Of a DNA stretch of 64,000 bases, positions 60,669 through 64,000 are shown piece by piece. The stretch's first letter is position 1. Each line of letters opens with the position of its first letter. Source of the stretch: Polymyxa betae A26-41 (taxonomy: Eukaryota; Protista; Endomyxa: Phytomyxea). Both the position numbers and the translations under genes were made by a program. The notes beneath the pieces were generated by a model that did no database searches, was not told the origin of the DNA, and saw nothing but the letters and a program-made list of their open reading frames with translations. The DNA is taken from the NCBI GenBank assembly GCA_003693705.1, contig RBZT01000754.1, forward strand, positions 1 to 64,000. The letters are read 5' to 3'.

Positions 60669-61435
60669 TTACAACACCAACGCTCGCGCCTTAGCGTTGA
60701 ACTCCTCCTGCTGGAGGAGTCCAAGCTCCAGCGCCTGCTTCAGTTTCTGCAGTTGCACCAGAACTGTTTGGTGTTTAATTAAATTCTCTTGAGCTCGGCG
60801 GGACTGAGCATAATTTTCGCTGATTTTGGATATAGAATCAGCCTGCTCACTGAGAGTTTGGGATTTGGTTTTAGGCCCCTTTTTTGATGGAGTTGTGGAC
60901 GTGTCCCTCCTTTTGGCGGTTGATTCTCCTTACTGGACATAAAACTGCCCATAATTTTTTCTTGCTTTGCCAGCAAGTTTCGTTTAGCATGAGGATTGCC
61001 GGCTTTGATTTTTTTTCACATGTCCGAAGACTGAAGAGAAATTTTTCCAGACGCATCGTCGGAGTCTCCAGTTTGAGGCCGATTTTATCGGCTCGTATGT
61101 GAGCCTTCAGCCCTTTTTCGATGATGGTGCAATCAGGATATTCATTTTTATATTCAGAGTGTATCTGCAAAGAGAATCAATTTATCATTGCAACGCGTGT
61201 TGGTGAATTGCCACCTTAGGCCATATTTCTTTCGGGATGACCTGTGTTCCAGCTTTCTTGCGGCCATCTGACCATTCTGCATAGAATAGTCGGTGTGCTG
61301 CAAGTAATACGCTGGTTTAACTTAATCCACGACTTCTCTAACAGTAAATTTCATTTTTTTACAGGGTGGAGAACTGTCTGGACCCAGAGCTGATGCTGAT
61401 TCTTCATTGCTAAGATCAACAGCTGCTGTAGATGA
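60669..61435 (-). pseudogene. Harbinger-like partner gene with SHOCT-like C-terminus
   Basis: SPPCKKMK, IWPK, YKNEYPDCTI.EK.LK.HIR, ending LQKLKQALELGLLQQEEFNAKARAL. Confidence 0.68.
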
Positions 61436-63061
61436 CATATCAAATACAATATCAACTTGGTTCATATTGATATTTTTCAGCAAAAGTTTGCTAGAGTCGA
61501 AAGTCTGTGGAACAGTTTGAGGGAAGTTTTATTGGGCTTTGAAAAGTTTGCAGGATCTTTATCAATGACTGTAAGCACCCGGAGGCTTCCCCGACTTTTT
61601 GAGATGAAAAGTCTTTCACTCACAGACTTTTAACGCCTTTTGCGGACATCTTTAAAATATTAGAATTTTCGATCAATTCCAACATCAGTTGAAAGAATGA
61701 ATTTAAGTTCGCATTTTCCCGCAACCCCCCTGGATGCATAAATTCTTTCGCATCAAAACGCTCCATAATGATATTGTCAATGGCCCTAGCTTGAGCAGTA
61801 CATGTGGAACAACATGCGATACGAAATGCACTGGGAGCGTCATAAACATTCATTCAGGGAATTTGCTGCAAAGGCATTAACAATGTGGTTTCGGTGCGAC
61901 ATGCTCTTTTACCGTTTCCAGCACGATTAAAGCTTTAATCAATTGAATTTGAAGTTGTTGAAGTTGCGTCCTTCCAATGATGGTGCAAAAACATTCCGAT
62001 ACTGTAGCATATCATAGAACCTATATAATGCTTTCTGGAAGGATTTTGCATGCATGATTCTTCCGAATAGCCTTCTCGTCAGAAATTTAACAAAGCATGG
62101 AACATCAAATACCACAGCGCGTTCTAATCAAAATCCCTGAAGACTGGTACGGATTGAATCAATGGGGATCATAAAAAAATTATTGGTTTTATAAACTTGC
62201 AGTGTTGGATATAGTGATGATTCTCACTTTGAGGGCTCATGCGCCTTTAGCCAAAGCCCAAGGTAAAGACGCTCGCGATCCCTGGTTTCGGGCAACCTAT
62301 TTGCCAGCGTTCAGCCTCACGGGCGTCAACACCGAAAACGAGACCGCTGCCACCAGACACACAGTCCAACATTTCTATCAATGTCTTACTGACATTCTTG
62401 CAACGTTTCATTTCTGATCATTCAGATGATAACAAGGAAGTTACTCCTAGATGATGATTGATATCTGACTTGAATTAGCGACTGGGATCATAACCGGTTC
62501 CCAAAAGCTTGTTAAATGCATCAATCCAGAAAACCCTGGGATCTTGAAGGGATGTTTTAGATCCGTGGATCTGCTTTATGGTTTGAATATCTGCCTTTCC
62601 CATCGCACAGCTGAATTCTTTCCAGATGCTTTCCCATTTCATAACTTGCCCACTATAATCCTAACAATATCGTTGACCAGTAGGATAAAAATTGACACGC
62701 TTTGTAACTAGTGTAGCTGCCGCAATTTCTGCTTTGAGTACATTGCTGGAGCCGGCTCATTTTAGTTTAATCCCAAGCAAGGTGGGATGATGACTGTTGG
62801 TCTCAACGCGCGTTTTATGCAAAAGCCGGTTTGCAACATCGAACTCCTTGCATCTTGCAAACACATGCTCCAACGATAGTGCTGGATCCAGCCTTTTTGG
62901 AGACTTTAGCCCAAGCAGCAAAATCCGCCATGCTATTCTGTTCAACCATCAGATTTGAATCGTATAACATTGTTACTGTGAGCAACCTGGAGCTGGAAGA
63001 ATAAAAATCAATAGCCCCTACTGTTTATCATATTCAGTTTATAAGTAATTAATGTCAAGAG

Positions 63062-63195
63062 TAGGGGTTATCAAAGTTAAAAGAACTCAGAGTTTTAAGA
63101 TTCGCATCACCCTGGGGGATTCGCATCGATTTGATTCGAATCTCACTCTAGATTCACCTCATGGAGGTGAATCTATTCGGAGATTCGAATCTCGG
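63062..63195 (+). repeat. Probable transposon terminus (hAT-like) with repeated GATTC(G) motifs
   Basis: TAGGGGT start followed by several GATTC/GAATC copies. No matching second end in the window. Confidence 0.4.
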
Positions 63196-63199
63196 AATT

Positions 63200-64000
63200 G
63201 TCGCGTTGACCATGTTATTGCTATGGACGAAACCTTCATCAGGTTTCACGAGGCTGATGATCCGGTACTCGTGCCGCAGGGTAAGAAGCGTGTTGCAGGA
63301 ACGTCTCGTCCGCACGATCCAAAGTCTGGTGTCACGCTTGTCGTCGCAGCCGACCTGTCGACATCGTCGTTGTTGCCCGCTTTCATCATGGGCACTGCAA
63401 AGTTTGGTGCCACTCTAATGAAACAGTGGGCGCACTATAGTAACAGTGCCGTGGTTTTCAATAAAAGCCAATGAATGACGCAACAAATTGCGATCATGTT
63501 TTTACATTTTCTGACCGTCCAATTATCTAATCGATCAATAGGTAACAATTTGAAATTCCAAGCAAATTGTATTGAATTTCGTCGGCAGGTTTGATATGGG
63601 AGCGTGCATCAACCCATTACGGCGCTGATATTGAGGAATGGCTGCAACAGTATAATGCCTCGCATCCAGGGAGCCATATTTACGTTAAGTTTATTGCTGA
63701 AGGGATGACCTCCGTTATGCAAATAAGAAAGTCTCGCTAATCAACTTGTTAATTCAAAAAGATTTGAAGGTTGGCGACATCGCCATTAATAAGCAACTTA
63801 AATCCTATATCTTGAAAAAACGAAAACCTGCGTTAAAGCCGCATCGCAGACATTCCTGTTGGAGCTAAATTTGCAGTCAGCCGCGATGAGCTGATATCGC
63901 TCATCGAAAACGCGTACGCCCGATACGATTCGGAGCATACAAAACGTCGAACGGTCGCAAGGACATTCGGGCGTTGTGGCCAAGACCCCTTTATCGATGA
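63200..64000 (+). pseudogene. pogo/Tc1-mariner (DDE_1) transposase catalytic region with introns; runs off the window
   Basis: VIAMDET, VTLVVAA, LLPAFI, WERASTH and GMTSVMQ..DIAINK motifs. Confidence 0.8.

Noticed and set aside
62100-62230. Possible Ulp1/adenain H-D-Q-C protease motif on the minus strand
   Set aside because: It needs an ad hoc frameshift, and the segment looks more like a short GC-AG intron.
1-64000. Fanzor/TnpB, Helitron, DIRS or intact host genes
   Set aside because: I saw no RuvC plus zinc-finger/DRD..AA, HUH-helicase or RT-linked recombinase motifs. Most short ORFs in the track are antisense or alternate frames of TE genes. A profile search could still find highly degraded remnants.

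Overview
This is eukaryotic DNA made almost entirely of nested, decayed transposable elements. The family mix (CryptonF, chromoviruses, oomycete/fungal-type Harbinger and MULE, short introns) points to a fungus-like or protist genome, but the organism cannot be fixed from sequence alone. I found no intact host gene, RNA gene or CRISPR array. The window holds at least 8 Ty1/copia pieces, one of them structurally complete (2170-7076; 310-bp LTRs with 6 differences, GGGAC target duplication). It also has 5 Ty3/gypsy pieces (three with chromodomains), solo LTRs, a hAT element, a CryptonF tyrosine-recombinase element, 4 MULE transposase relics, a probable CACTA/EnSpm-like relic, a pogo-like transposase, a TA-flanked Tc1/mariner-type non-autonomous element, several PIF/Harbinger-type elements and a ~168-bp tandem array. 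The three best leads are: (1) a recurring Harbinger-like family whose transposase is paired tail-to-tail with a gene ending in a SHOCT-like helix, with 17-bp TIRs and AAT target sites; (2) copia primer-binding sites matching the anticodon arms of tRNA-Lys(CUU), tRNA-Gln(CUG) and tRNA-iMet in one register, suggesting half-tRNA primer switching; (3) a satellite-like array whose 18-bp box recurs in dispersed ~325-bp-period repeats. All calls come from manual reading and translation, and boundaries not defined by a TIR, LTR or TSD are approximate.
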